Shown piece by piece: positions 41,331 through 56,162 of a stretch of DNA of 64,000 nucleotides (position 1 is the stretch's first letter; every line of letters starts with the position of its first letter). The translations under genes were made by a program, and so were the position numbers. Source of the DNA: Eledone cirrhosa (lineage: Eukaryota); assembly GCA_964016885.1 (NCBI GenBank), contig OZ024746.1, positions 8,370,001 to 8,434,000 of the forward strand, read 5' to 3'. The notes beneath the pieces were generated by a model. That model did no database searches, was not told the DNA's origin, and saw only the letters and a list, made by a program, of their open reading frames with translations.

Positions 41331-43026
41331 ATTACACATGTATAAACACATGTTAAAAGCAACATGGGAACCAGTATATTAGGAAATACATGTAGTGTCT
41401 TTTACTTTACATTTTAATGGCAAGGCGTAGAATGAGATGAAAATAAAACGTTGATATTTAAAAATAGCCTCCATTTGTACAAACTAGAGTCATGTTAATA
41501 AAATATGTATAGATTACCAGTTGTTAACAAGAACAATTTCTTTATATGATAAACAGTTGTAGTGTCATATGAAAAATATATTTTGTTTTAACTAAAAATA
41601 TTTTAAGTAAAGTATATGAGAATAAAATTGATGTGGTGCTTAAAAAACACAATACAAAAAAAAAAAAAAATAAATAAAGCAAACAAACACAAAGACAGAA
41701 ACAACAACAACAACAAAATACAAACAACAGTAAAAGAAAGCATGTGTAAGTAAGAATTATGTCTTTAGGAAGACTTTCCATTGATGGATGTTTGAAATTG
41801 AGAAAGAATGATTGTAGGATATTAGATCTGAAAAACAACTAATTAATTGGATTTAGGAGAAGTTATAGAAATATGAATATAATGAGTACAGCAATCTGAG
41901 TGGGTAGCTTTGATAATGACTGTGGTGGGGCCCGTGGTAGCTTGTTATAAGGACTGGGGTGGGGCCCGTGGTATTCTGGCATGGAAATATAGCAACCATA
42001 TAAAATGTGGCTTATGGAATATAGAAATACATGCGTATATATATACAATATACATAAATATATATAGATATTTATACATACATAAAACACACATACAACA
42101 ATTCATACACACATACACACATACATACATATATACAGATATTTATACATACATAAACATACATACATTCACACACACACATACATACATATGGCCATAC
42201 AATATACATACATATATACAGATATTTATACATACATAAAACATACATACATACATTCATACACACATGCATACATACATACAATATACATACAATATAC
42301 ATACATATATATAGATATTTATATATACATATACATTCATATGTATATACATAAATACATACATACATACATATACATTCATATGTACATGCATAAATAC
42401 ATACATACTTACATACACACACATACACACATACATAAATACATACATACATTCATACACACATACATAAATACATCCATACATTCATACACACATTTAA
42501 ATACATACATACATTCATACACACATACAAGAAAAATATATCAAAGATGACCTAGAAATCAATATATTTTTCTTGCTAAGAATCCTTACATTTGGTAAGG
42601 ATTACAATAAACAAATATAAACAAAATAAAGTAAATAATATACACATCTTAAATTCAGATTTTCTTTTACAGGATTATCATAATAGTAATATGTGTGTGT
42701 GGAAGAAACAAGTTTTTACTGAATACATTTAGTTATGTGTTGAAATATTATACAACCCCCACAACAAGTGTTTCAGAATTTAAAGGTTGAAACGCTTGTT
42801 GTGAAGCTACCCTGAAACAATTGTTTGGGGGCGGGTTCTTACCTGAAGACCTTCTGTTCTGAAGTTACCCTGAAACAATTGTTTGGGGTCGGGGCAGGTT
42901 CTTCGTTGAAGACCTCCTGTTGTGGAGATACCCTGAAAGTTTTTTACCACTATGTGAGTCAGCAACAAGTTTGTTCTGAGTACATTTAGTTACATGTCGA
43001 AATAGTAAAAAAAAAAAAATATATAT

Positions 43027-43119
<93 letters not shown>

Positions 43120-44165
43120 CACATACATACATATATACATACATATATACATACATAATACATGCATGCATATATACATGCATATACACATACATAATAC
43201 ATACATATGTATTGAATTTGTAGTGAAATCTCGCGTTTGGAAACGGTTAAAGAAATTTCATAGCACCCCGAAGGGCCACCCTGTCTTTAATAACATATCC
43301 ACTGGCTACATTTTAGTTTTATTTCATCCGAACTATCGAAATATATTTCCTCACATTCACTGTGTTCTTGTCAACCGGGTTTCCCTCTAGATCCACGTGA
43401 TATCAAATTAAAAAGTATGTGAAGCCAAATACTTTGAAATGTAAGCTAGAATTTATAAAATTTTAAGTTATCAATAAATGGATTAAAATAAAGTAGAGAT
43501 AGAAAAATGATACAAGTTTGGATAAGGTGCACAAAAAAGCCTTACACTTACTTCGGTATTTGAAGAGATTATATTCTGAAAATGTATGTAAAGTATAATT
43601 TGTCACTGCGAGCAATGTGCTATATATTGAAACAGTGGACATTTTACATAAAAACATGAATATAAAAAAAAACATATCAAATTAAAAGGTGTGAAAATAA
43701 ATATATTGGGATATAAGGAAATATATAAATGATTATGCTATCATAAAGGGGATTAAAATAGATACAGAAATAGGTTACAGGTTTGGATAAGGTATAAAAC
43801 AAACATTACACTAGCTTCAGGGAAGAAAGAGATAAATATACAACATTCCATTAAATTAGAAGGAAGTGTATTAAAAGGGAATATATTAGAGTAAAATTTA
43901 GAACATATATTTGTTACAAGTTGACATTAAAGTAGATTGAATATAATAGAAATACAGAAAGAGAAAGGAGAGTAAAAACGAAGAGGAATACAATAAGATG
44001 TACAGGATTGTATAATCTGGAATAAGTATTGGTTAGGGGTCTAAATAATCCGTTGAATTCGTGGAAAGATTAACCACAGTAATATGGATTTAATGGAGTT
44101 TAATAAACTGCTGGCTTAATACAAATTTATAAGAAGGTAATTTTATAACTAAATAAATATTAATG

Positions 44166-44512
44166 TTGCGAAGGTGCATGGCTTAACGGTTTAGAGCATT
44201 GGACTTGTAATCGTGAGATTGTGAGTTTGATTCACAGACCGGACGACGCGTTGTGTCCTTGAGCAAGACACTCTATTTCACATTGCTTCAGTTTACTCAG
44301 CTGTAGAAATGAGTTGCGACGTCACTGGTGCCAAGCTGTATCGGTCATTACCTTTCCCTTGGACATCATCGATGGTGTGGAGAGGGGGAGACCACTATAC
44401 ATGGGCGACTGCTGGTCTTCCATAAACAACCTTGTCTGGACTTGTGCCTCGGAGGGGAACTTTCTAGGCACAAATCTCCTGATCATTCGTGACCGGAGGG
44501 CGGGTCTTTCTT
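44166..44512 (+). mobile_element. SINE with family B head and core but a different 3' tail
   Basis: Matches family B up to CTGTAGAAATGAG, then diverges. Confidence 0.8.
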
Positions 44513-44590
44513 AAATATTAATGTTACGATTTATCGAGGATTATTTGAAATTTGAAAATGTTGATATCCCAACACATAGTCACTATAACG

Positions 44591-44766
44591 ATAATAGCGT
44601 TAGAAAACCGGGTAAAATACGCTTAAGGACATAATATAAGTGCACAGAAGCCACTGCAGAGAATCAAACCGGAATTCAAGCGATACAGATTTCTTTTCTC
44701 TGTAATGGCTGTTGGTACTTAGTTTCGATCCTTAAGCGTTTTACTAGTTTTTTTTAACGCTATTAT
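44591..44766. repeat. Degenerate hairpin or old MITE-like element
   Basis: ATAATAGCGTTA..CGCTTAAGGA..TAAGT..AGCCACTGCAGAGAA pairs imperfectly with TTCTCTGTAATGGCT..ACTTA..TCCTTAAGCG..TAACGCTATTAT. Confidence 0.6.
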
Positions 44767-46114
44767 AATTGAAGCGTCTGAGACTATTCTGACATAGTGT
44801 ATCTAGGGTTACATTATTAAATATATTAATCTTTTTTTAAGGTGTTAGCATATGATTTGAGTAAGATGTAGCTGCTATTTCTTACAGGTCTTTTCACTGC
44901 GTAAAAGCTCCCTCATTCGCTCAGAACTATTATTCTTGAATTACATATAAAAACAACTATTTATGGTTTTAAAATAATACAGTTTCCGTTAAAGAGATGT
45001 CCCAGGAAAGTTAAGGTCAATACGAGGTTTCAAATATTTTCAGTTCAGCTATTTTGGTTTCTTTATGTTACTAATTACCCTGAAAAAAGATACACAATTC
45101 CTACAGTATCATTCCCTCGATGACTGCAGTGAATTAAACTTGTTCCAACAGAGAATCGAAACCCTGTTCTTAAAATTATTGATTTCTATCAACAAAATTA
45201 ATTATCGACACTAGGGAAATTAAAAAAGCTATTATTGCTAATTGAAAGTAGATTGTCGGTAAGTTGAGAAAAATGATCTATCAAAAGAAGAACCCAAGTC
45301 GATTCTTTATTTGAAAAGAGATCCTTCAAAGGTTCATGAAAGTCTAGCTAAGAATGTATGCAAAGAATGATGTGCATAAAATCTAAACGCACTTAACATG
45401 TTTTTCTCTTCTTGGTATTACCTGTTAGAATTAGGTTATCTATTATTACAACGGCATATCTTTCAAGCTTACTAAAAAGATGTCTAAATGGTGTATTTAT
45501 GTAGAGGCAACGAAGAGAATCAGAAATAATTAACCTCATTCCTTTATAGTTGGTGAAAGACCCAACAAATATGTGTAACTATTTTTTGGAAAAAATAATA
45601 ACGAAAACATTCAATGGTATTTTTGTAGTGGAACATACACACACACTCACACACAGACAGACGCACACACACTCTCACACACACACACTCACATAAACAC
45701 TCACACACACACATACACACGCGCGCGCATATACATGTATATATATATATATATAAAGAGAGATAAATCATCCAAGAAATGGTGATAAATATTGTGTATA
45801 TACTGCTACCGAAACATGCTTTGATCAGACGTAAACTATCGTTGAACATCGCATGCATCAATACACAACAAACCGATGCCTGAAATGTGTTATCTTTAAC
45901 CTCTTTATTTTCGGAATTGTATATCATTTTATTAGTTCAATGTTTGTATGATATCTAACTCACACCCATATATCATGTAATGATCTGTTATATCTAATTA
46001 TATTGCCATCTTTAATGTATAGTGGAGTGGTATAAATGATAGAGAGACGGTGAAATTATTGTTACAAGTAAAGTTTCCCAGCAGACCAAGGGTGTTTATC
46101 TGATGTACTACTAT

Positions 46115-46335
46115 AACAATGGTTTCTGATTTAGGCACAAGGCCAGCAATTGTTTGGGGAGGGGAAGTCAATTAAATCGACCCCAGCACGTTACTGGTGC
46201 TTTATTTTATCGACCCCGTAAGGGTGAAAGGCAAAGCTAACCTCGGTGGGATTTGAACTCAGAATGTAAAGGTCCGTAACTCTATGCCACAAAGCATAAT
46301 GTCCGACGCTCTACCGATACTGCTAATCCACCACC
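46115..46335 (-). mobile_element. SINE family A, longer variant
   Basis: Reverse-complement full copy. Confidence 0.85.
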
Positions 46336-46589
46336 CTTTACGACCGTCAGAATAACACGTTTAGTCTCAGAGTTATAATACTGAACATCGTGAAGAAACA
46401 ACATATTTTATTTTATTTATTTTTATTTATTTTTATTTATTCAATTTAAACGTCGGTATAGAGCTAGTAAGCCATGACTGACTAGGGGAAACATTGAGTA
46501 CTCCTTATAGTTGGAGCTAGTGAAACAAGTAATACAATTTCAAATATTGAAGGCCAATGGGAGGCAGATGATGCATAAGAAAGCGAAAA

Positions 46590-47133
46590 AGAAAAGAGGA
46601 AACAAGTCATAAAGCATGGCTTGGACGCTGCAGGCTTCCCTTCCCAGCTCGAGCCGGTGGGGCTGGACCGAGAGGACGGCAAAAGGCCAGATGGTCATCT
46701 TCAAAAGGCCAGATGATCATCTTCCCGTTCCGCGGTGGAAAACCCCTTGACTGGGATGCCACTTGCACCGACACTTTCTCCAGCGGCAACCTGGTGCAGT
46801 CTGCGACTAACCCAGGTTCTGCTGCACGTCGGGCTGAGGGGGCCAAACTCTTCAAATACCGGTCGCTCTCCGACAGGTTTGCGGTTGTACCCTTGGCAGT
46901 GGAGACTTCTGGTGTCCTCGGCCCTAGGGGCTACCTCCCTTCTCACCACCATAGGCGCTGAGCTGGCCAGCCGCAGGTGTGAGCCTCGCGAGTTGGAATG
47001 GCTTTTCCAGCGCGTCTCCCTTGCCGTCCTCCGGGAAACGCCTTCTGCATTCTGTCCGCCGGGGCTGTGGGGGAGGCCACCAATATGATTGACTGACTTG
47101 ACATTTTATCAGTCAGATGTTCTAATGATTCTA
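46590..47133 (+). mobile_element. CRE-like LINE 3' fragment (restriction-like endonuclease), frameshifted
   Basis: [55 protein letters not shown]; an internal 22-bp duplication at 46681-46724. Confidence 0.8.
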
Positions 47134-48936
47134 TATGAAGCATGTGTGTAGTAGTGATTTATACCATTAATAGGGAAGGTGTAAAACAAGTGTCTCTTGT
47201 TAAATCTTTTCGTAGCTTCATGACTCAAAGATCTCGTTTATAAAAAAGCCACTGAAATCAACGATAGAATTCTCGCTGTCAACAAATATGCATAAAGTTT
47301 TCAGATTGAGAATTAACGGGGGATACACAAGCACCCCGCCGCGATGTCTACAATAATTCCGCACTGAAATGTGGCAAGACCTTTGCTTAATGTCTGTCAT
47401 GCAAAAAGTACAGACAACATAATTCGTATAAACAAAAACCAAAACACAAAGCAAATACACAAAAACTAACTCAAGATAATTGAAGAAATAACTAAATTTA
47501 CTGAAGCGGAATTATGGAGGATGCATGGCAAAGTAAGGAGGAGACCTGATTAAACATATACTGTAGTATTACAACATCATGTTTATAACTTTATTTTCAC
47601 GAAATGTTTTTAGTTGAATGGATTCTTCATTGTGTTATAAAGGGGAGGGAGGATGACAGTGGTGGTGGTGGTGGTGGTGGTAGTGGTGGTAATGGTGGTG
47701 GTGGTGGTGATGGTGGTGGTGGTGTTAGTTGTGATGGTGGTGGTGGTGGTGATGGTAGTGGTAGTGGTAGTGGTGGTGATGGTGGTGGTAGTGGTGGTGG
47801 TGGTAGCAGTGGTGGTAGTGGTGGTGCTGGTGGTAGTTCTGCTGGTGGTGGTGGTGGTAGTTGTGATGGTGGTGGTGGTGGTGGTGGTGGTAGCAGTGGT
47901 GGTAGTGGTGGTGATGGTGGTGGTGGTGGTGGTGGTGGTAGCAGTGGTGGTAGTGGTGGTGATGGTGGTGGTAGTGGTGGTGCTGGTGGTAGTTCTGCTG
48001 GTGGTGGTGGTGGTAGTTGTGATGGTGGTGGTGGTGGTGGTGGTGGTGGTAGCAGTGGTGGTAGTGGTGGTGATGGTGGTGGTGGTGGTGGTGGTGGTAG
48101 CAGTGGTGGTAGTGGTGGTGATGGTGGTGGTAGTGGTGGTGCTGGTGGTAGTTCTGCTGGTGGTGGTGGTGGTGGTGGTGGTGATGGTAGTGGTAGTGGT
48201 GGTGGTGGTAGTGGTGGTGATGATGGTGGTGATGGTAGTGGTGGTGGAGATCGTGGTGGTGGTGGTAGTGGTGGTAGTTATGGTGGTGATGGTGGTGGTG
48301 GTGGAGATCGTGGTGGTGGTGGTGGTAGTGGTGGTAGTGGTGGTGATGATGGTAGTGGTGGTAGTGGTGGTGGTGGTAGTGGTAGTGGTGGTGGTGATGG
48401 TAGTGGTGGTAGTGTTGGTGGTGGTGGTGCTGGTGGTGATTGTAACAATTTAAAGAACATTTCTATCTATTTTGATAAACATTGTACAGTCATATGTTTT
48501 GTTTTATCATTTTTATTCGTGTGTGAAATAAATAAATAGTTTACCATTCCTGGAAAGAAAAGAATGGCTTGACTGGCCAAGATGGTGGTTAAAGAAAATA
48601 CGATTACGTTTGATAGACGCTAGGCAATGTCAGTGTATATTTTAATTTAATTTAGTTGCTAAAAATTGGTTCACAATGTGATTTAAACGAATTGATCTAT
48701 ATTTCAAGCACGTCACAAACAAGGTAAATAAGGGCATATACGCATATATATATATATATAAATATATATACACGCGCATAAGTACATATATACATGTATA
48801 CTTACTTATATATGTATACTCATACATTTACATTACGTCCTCTTCCTGCTATATCAAGCGTTAACCTAATATATCCTTTCCATATACTGTACCGATTGTG
48901 TTGTTATTTCTGTTTACCTTTTACATATATATATAC

Positions 48937-48996
<60 letters not shown>

Positions 48997-49080
48997 ACTT
49001 ACTTATATATATATATAGACGCGTATAAGTATAAATATACATGTATACTTACTTATATATACTCATACATTTACATTACG

Positions 49081-49135
<55 letters not shown>

Positions 49136-49317
49136 ATACAATAACAGAGATAGCTTAAAGCTAAACTCTGACTGGTAACCATCTCACTCAACAAACATTA
49201 GGTTATATGTTAGTATAACCCAATTTAAGTGTGTTTGGGGTGCTAACAATATGTATTATGTGGAAAGCCAGTTGTATTATTTTATGAGATATAATTAAAG
49301 TTAAAATATATCTCTCT

Positions 49318-49442
49318 TTCCAAACAATTGTTTCATTATAAGTTTTCTACAAATTAGGAGAATGTTTCCAGTTTATGTAGAAGCCTAACATATATTCATG
49401 TAAGAATATATTTAGGTGGGCGCTTATAAATCATCAGTGGAA
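49318..49442 (-). ncRNA. Type I hammerhead motif with expanded, branched helix II
   Basis: Minus strand: TTCCA-CTGATGA-tTTATAAG-[about 80 nt with two hairpins]-CTTATAAt-GAA-ACAATTGT (palindrome)-T-TGGAA. The element's 3' end abuts (TA)n at about 49082-49131. Confidence 0.75.
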
Positions 49443-49585
49443 GCCCATTAAACTTTGATATAAGAAAAAATTCTTACCGCAGTTAAAAATCGTGTCTGTT
49501 AAGCTGCTCCCCCACGCATCGAATGACCGCCAAATTTGAAATTCCAGCAGTTTTTGACTGAGGAAGTGTTATAGCGTCACGAAGC

Positions 49586-50051
49586 ATATTTGAAAAATAG
49601 GAAAAGAATGACTTGTAGTGCTAAATAATTTGATTTAATTTTATAATTGCCTTTTCCTAGAAGAATGCCCCGACAAAGGCTAGGGGTCCTTCATTCCCAG
49701 TGGTTTAACCGCATGATTGGGTATCCAGCCCGACTATTTCTATGTCCCCGCGCATATATATACACATGCATATACATATATACACATACACATACATATG
49801 TATACGTGTATATACATATTTAGACATTTTTGGATGGCCGTTGACTCTTATGAGTTCTTCCGCCCTTTGTAAGGTTTTGTTTTTTGTTCTGCAGGGTGTC
49901 CAAAATCACCCTCCTCACCAAGTAAACTTGGTGGGGTTGCCGGTTTAGTCGCCGACGACCCGACCATGTGAGAGGTTGTACTGGGTTATAAAATTAAATC
50001 AAATTATTTAGCACTACAAGTGAAGTCATTCTTTTCCTTTTTTTCAAATAT
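49586..50051. repeat. About 60-bp inverted repeat pair
   Basis: 49586-49646 versus 49986-50051 (5-nt indel); (TA)n follows at about 50084. Confidence 0.75.
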
Positions 50052-50081
50052 ACCTAACTGTGCCAAGGATCTCACACATTT

Positions 50082-50144
<63 letters not shown>

Positions 50145-50287
50145 CCTGGAAGGGTTCTATAGATATACGGAAGTGGTTTTATATGTAGTTATCAGCGCCT
50201 TCTCTCCCCCTGTGTAGAATGAAGCATAAACTCCGACTGAAAGCAGAAGAACTGTTCTTCAATTCATTTTGCGGACAGCCCAGTATA

Positions 50288-50407
<120 letters not shown>

Positions 50408-50413
50408 AATATG

Positions 50414-50487
<74 letters not shown>

Positions 50488-51369
50488 TATATGTGTGCGC
50501 GCGTATGTGTCTGTGTGTGTGTGTGTGTGCAGGATATCTGTAGATAAAAAGTTAAAGAAACATTTTCAGTCTATTGCAAGAGAGATTATTTAGTATAATT
50601 AATATTTCATACACTTAACATGTATGATTAGTATTTTAGTAGACCCTTTGTTTGAACCATACCACATATCTTTCACGGGTTTCTGACTGGTTAGTGTTTT
50701 TGTATTTAATCTCTGCGTCCTATACTATGAACTTTACATTACAGTTCTCTTGTAATGGACAGTCCTCTTTTTTCCCTCAAGAGCATCCTGAATTCTCATC
50801 TAGTTTGTTCTTTGCGGTCATCTTGGATTTCATGGAAGATAGGCAAGAATAGAATCTTCTTACCGAACGCTGGTTGAAGATTTTACTGTACCTATATTGT
50901 AGGGGTAAAGTGTTTATCAATTAGGTTTAAGAATTTCTTATCTACATTAATCTTTACATTAAATGAGAATGGAGGGCCAAACCAGATTATTTTATTATAG
51001 AAATGACTTCTACAGGACTCGAACTGTTCGTAAGAAATCCTCATCTAATGTAGGTTGCATCCTTCCACATGATTATCTCTGATAAGATTATTCGAGATGA
51101 TGCTATTGATACTATGTGGTATATATTCTTATTTCATGGAACCCAGAGGAAGGAATTACAACTTTTCCCTTCGTTTTGTTTGATTGCAGAAAGCCGAGGC
51201 ATTGGTACTGGAAAGCATCCAGTTTGAAAGTTTATTATATTAATAAGGTTTTTATTTATATTATCCAGTGGAGGTGTTGTTTAATTGTAACATTTCCTTT
51301 AATTTCTGAAGAGTTTAAGACAACATTGTCGTTGTTGCTGTAACCAGTATTATTTAGTTTATATAAGGG

Positions 51370-51562
51370 AGGTGGAGTGGTAGAATTTTTAGAGAGATGC
51401 TTTGCTAACATTTATTTGCGGTCATTTACGTTCAAACCCTGCCGAGATCACGCTTACTTTTCATCTTTCTGAGGTCGAAAAATAAAGTACCAGTCACATA
51501 TAGGTATCGATGTAATCAACGTTTCCTGAATCGTTGGCCTTGTGCCTAAGCTAGAAATCATT
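51370..51562 (+). mobile_element. SINE family A, diverged
   Basis: GCCGAGATC..TTTCATCTTTCTGAGGTCGAAAAATAAAGTACCAG..GGCCTTGTGCCTAA. Confidence 0.7.
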
Positions 51563-52950
51563 GGTTTATATGTAAATATCATCTTCTTCAGATAGTTTCT
51601 ATTAAGGGACTTCACGTGATATCTCATCTTCCAATTTCTTCAGTAAGAACTGATGTATAAAATAAACATATTTGAATAGCTCACCTTTACTAAATTACCA
51701 AGTAATCTGGCTTATATTCAGTTACAATAAATGTTTATATTGAATATAAATAGTTATCTTTAGTATTACTAAAGATGCTAGGCGAAGTCCGATTTTGATA
51801 TAAAGCAAAGCTAAGTGAAGTCTAAGGCAAGACCTATTATCGCTGTGGCGAGATATTGTTTACATGTCAACTGACTTCATATGTTATGATATATTTATAA
51901 TGATTCCTTCCACTGGCACAGGACCAGACTTTTGTTTAGAGAAGGATAGGAGTATATTCGATTTGATCAACCTCAGTTCCCACCCCATAGTATTTATATC
52001 GACCTTGGGTGGGGTAGGGGTGAAAGACAAAGTCGATCTTGAAGGAACTTGAATTTGAACACAGATTAGTAGAGGAAGAAAGTGTAGTTCTACCAAACAG
52101 TGACGGTAGCATAAAACAATTCCACTATCAACAACAACCATAGCTACAACAGCTACAACAACCATAGCTACAACAGCTACAACAACAACAACAACTACAA
52201 CAGCAGCAACAACAACCATAGCTACAACAACAGCTACAACAACAACCATAGCTACAACAACAGCTACAACAACAACTACAACAGCAGCAACAACAACCAT
52301 AGCTACAACTACAGCAGCAACAACTACAACAGCAGCAACAACAACAGCATCAACAACAACAACAACAACAACAGCAACAACAGCAACAACAACAACAGCA
52401 GCAACAGCTACAACAGCAACAACAACAACAATAGCAGCAACAACAACAACAGCAACAACAACAACAATAGCAGCAACAGCTACTACATCAACAACAGCTA
52501 CAACAGCAACAACAACATTAACGATAATAAAGACAACAAACAAACAAAACAAAACATTAGTAATCAAATATTTTCTCGCGATCAAATTTAATTAATGATT
52601 GCCCATAATTTGAAAGCATTCGGATTACATAATATATATATTTTTTGTAATATGGATACAGAATCAAAGATTCTGTCTAAACCTCTACGTAATCCGTTTG
52701 CACTAGTTAGAAACAACAGCAGCTGCAATAGCAACAGCAACGATACTAATATCTGCAGCAGAATTAATGCATTCGCTCATGCTATGAATTCTCTCTGCAG
52801 GTTGCGTGTAAGAGAAAGCAAGTTACTATATTTCATTAGTTTTTATACAGTCCACCTCCAAACACAACCCAGTCACTAATCAAACTTGGATTTAGCTATC
52901 ATTGAGGAATTAAGAATTGAGGAAAGACCGTCGTTTGATTCATTGAATAT

Positions 52951-53097
<147 letters not shown>

Positions 53098-53153
53098 GGA
53101 ACGAATAGGACCCCGACGGCTGAGCTCAAGCCGTTTCGACGGCTAATTCTGGA
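53098..53153 (-). mobile_element. Single arm of the same palindromic element family (copy 3)
   Basis: GACCCCGACGGCTGAGCTCAAGCCGTTTCGACGGCTAATTCTGGAC directly after (TA)n. Confidence 0.7.
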
Positions 53154-53995
53154 CACTGTGTGTGTGTGTGCGTGCGTGTGTCGCAGGGAAACAGAAATAA
53201 CAAAACAAACGACACAGTACAATGAAGAAATATATTATACCTGCATATATAGGTAGGTATACACATGGATATATAAACAAAATCGCATATAAACGCTGAT
53301 CCTCCCTCTCTTTTTCTACATATTCAATCGTTCGTCCGAATTTCAATCTCATCACTCAGTTATATACATAAGGACAAACATAAAAATACTCTAACATGAA
53401 TACAAACACATGAAACACATAAACTCGATATATCTGCATCATATCTGTATGAAATCACGAATGGCAAGATCTAAAAGTGTCTGTATACATCAGTAGTTAA
53501 ACGTTTAATACCATGGAAATTAATATAACCGTTAATATAGTCAAGAAACAGACCTGCCAACCTCTAAAAACCTATTAAAAGAAAGATAATAATTGCTTCT
53601 TCGTAAAAATACTCGTGCTTCACGTCTTCTTTTGAATGACCAGAATTAAAATAAAGACATTTTAAAACACGGTTTCAAACACTTTAAACAAGTTTTTATT
53701 ATTGTTTGAAGAAAACTTATTCTCTCATTAAAAACATTCAATTTTGAAATGTTAATAACTCTAATAATTTCCAGAAGACATTCAATAAAAAAAAAAACAT
53801 TCGCGAAAATAGGATCTCAAATCACATTCATTATAAGCGCACAAAAATAAGAATCTCTATCAAATCAATCACGCAAATTATCGAACATTCTTCTAACTTG
53901 CCATCTTTAAAACGTACAAGAAAACCAACAAAACACCAAACAAAGTTAACAACAATGGCTACAAACTGCCTCCGATGTTTAGACAGATTACAGAT

Positions 53996-54338
53996 CCGAA
54001 CAACACACATACACAGCCAAACAACACACATACATAGCCGAACAACACACATACACAGCCAAACAACACACATACACAGCCGAACAGCACACATACACAG
54101 CCAAACAACACACATACACAGCCAAACACCACACATACACAGCCGAACAGCACACACACACAACCAAACAGCACACACACACAACCAAACAGCACACATA
54201 CACAGCCAAACAGCACACACACACAACCAAACACCACACATACACAGCCGAACAGCACACATACACAGCCAAACAGCACACACACACAACCAAACAGCAC
54301 ACATACACAGCCAAACAACACGCATACACAGCCAACAG
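53996..54338. repeat. 21-bp minisatellite, about 16 copies
   Basis: CCAAACAGCACACATACACAG variants. Confidence 0.9.
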
Positions 54339-54524
54339 CTATGCTTCAATTTTAACGATCGTAAACTTCGATAATATATCAAACATTAGACTTATCAACC
54401 GATGACGTCTGCCATTTGAAAGATCAGTAAACATTGGATAAAATTATTCCTAAACTCTTCAACGATGCATATACTCTCATAAGTTAAGTTGGTTGGTTAA
54501 CTGAACAAATTCTAACAGCTACAT

Positions 54525-54677
54525 ATCTTCTTCTTCTTCTTCTTCTTCTTCTTCTTCTTCTTCTTCTTCTTCTTCTTCTTCTTCTTCTTCTTCTTCTTCT
54601 TCTTCTTCTTCTTCTTCTTCTTCTTCTTCTTCTTCTTCTTCTTCTTCTTCTTCTTCTTCTTCTTCTTCTTCTTCTTC
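54525..54677. repeat. Pure (TTC)n tract
   Basis: Direct inspection. Confidence 0.95.
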
Positions 54678-55027
54678 TCGCACACGAGACTGTTGCTGAG
54701 TCCTCCTGATCAAGATCAGAGATCAGGGATCAGGGATCAGTTTCCAGGTGAATTAGATACGCCACTCAATTTTGATCCCCACTTGTAGCTATTTCATATC
54801 ACCTACACATAGTCATTGTTAAAAGCGTGAGCGAATGGTAGTACTTTGATTTTATGACAAAATATGAAAGCAAGTGAAACTGAGAAACATTTAAAAGTCA
54901 ATATAAAAATACAAACATATTTTCTTTATGCTACACATAATTTATGTTTAAATTATATGAAAACTTTGACAAGAAAATTGTAATAAAGCTATTAAATATT
55001 TACATTGTAATTTTCTCTTTTGTTTAG

Positions 55028-55179
55028 GTACGGAAGAAGAGCAAAGCATATAATTATCTTAAAGAGGCAGATACCCTCCTGAAAGTAAATGGAAATCCAG
55101 TTCGAGGTAAAAGCCATGAGGCAGTTATGGACACATTGGAAGCCATTGTTGGTCAGCCATTGGTCTTGGAGATTTACAG
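55028..55179 (+). CDS. Internal exon encoding the C-terminal half of a PDZ domain (PDLIM/Zasp/synaptopodin-2-like)
   Basis: Polypyrimidine acceptor ttttctcttttgtttag and donor ag|gtgag. Phase-0 translation VRKKSKAYNYLKEADTLLKVNGNPVRGKSHEAVMDTLEAIVGQPLVLEIY(R) fits the PDZ pattern S.A...L..GD.I..VNG......H..V. The 152-nt exon ends in phase 2, compatible with the next exon. Confidence 0.9.
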
Positions 55180-55954
55180 GTGAGAAAATTATTGTATCTT
55201 TCTTTCTGTTATTAACTCAGACGACATATATTATTAACATTCCCACTACTAAAGTCCACACAGCCACCATTTAAATCTCCTTCTCTGTATTTTATATTCG
55301 AATAAACAAAATTTATAATTTTTTGTTGTTATTTTAACTTCACTCTCGCTTTCATTCCTTTATGGTTTTATTTTTCCTGTCATCTACCGGAACCTAATCC
55401 CTCCCTTAAAAGTTGACAAAAGCCTCGATTCTTCTACATCATCAAGATCCTACACTACATTACTGACTACAAATCTCTCCTGATAAAAGATTGGTCACCG
55501 AAACGTCGGGATTGTTTTTCTATTCACAACGACATACTAATTTAAATAACTGTATCTCTGTAGCAATAAATAACACCACCAGTCACCTTCTTTTTATTTT
55601 TATTTCCCAGTAATCACTAACATACAGACATACTGTCATCACCACTACGACTACCACTAATACTGCCACTACTACTGCCACTAACTACATATCAACACGG
55701 GAACAACTATATGGTCATTCAACATGCTAACAATAGTAGCCAAATCTCTCTCAAATTACATCTTACAGTCGTTAAAAATAATACTTGAACAGTGTCTGTG
55801 AAAAAGAAAGGGTGAGGGGAAGAAGTATTTATCACAATTTGAATTAGTTTTGATGAAAGGTTTGTGTAATCAGGGCCGACCTGTGGTTAAACAACTACAA
55901 CAACAACTAGGACAACAACTACATAACTACACAATTATAGCAACCCCACTACAT

Positions 55955-56025
<71 letters not shown>

Positions 56026-56044
56026 ACTGCTGCTGCTGCTGCTG

Positions 56045-56082
<38 letters not shown>

Positions 56083-56101
56083 GTTACTACTGCTGCTACT
56101 G

Positions 56102-56162
<61 letters not shown>

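Noticed and set aside
52595-52879. Candidate first exon of the PDZ gene
   Set aside because: It has no PDZ N-terminal (WGF/GLGF-like) motif, and the apparent donor phase is incompatible with the phase-0 PDZ exon.
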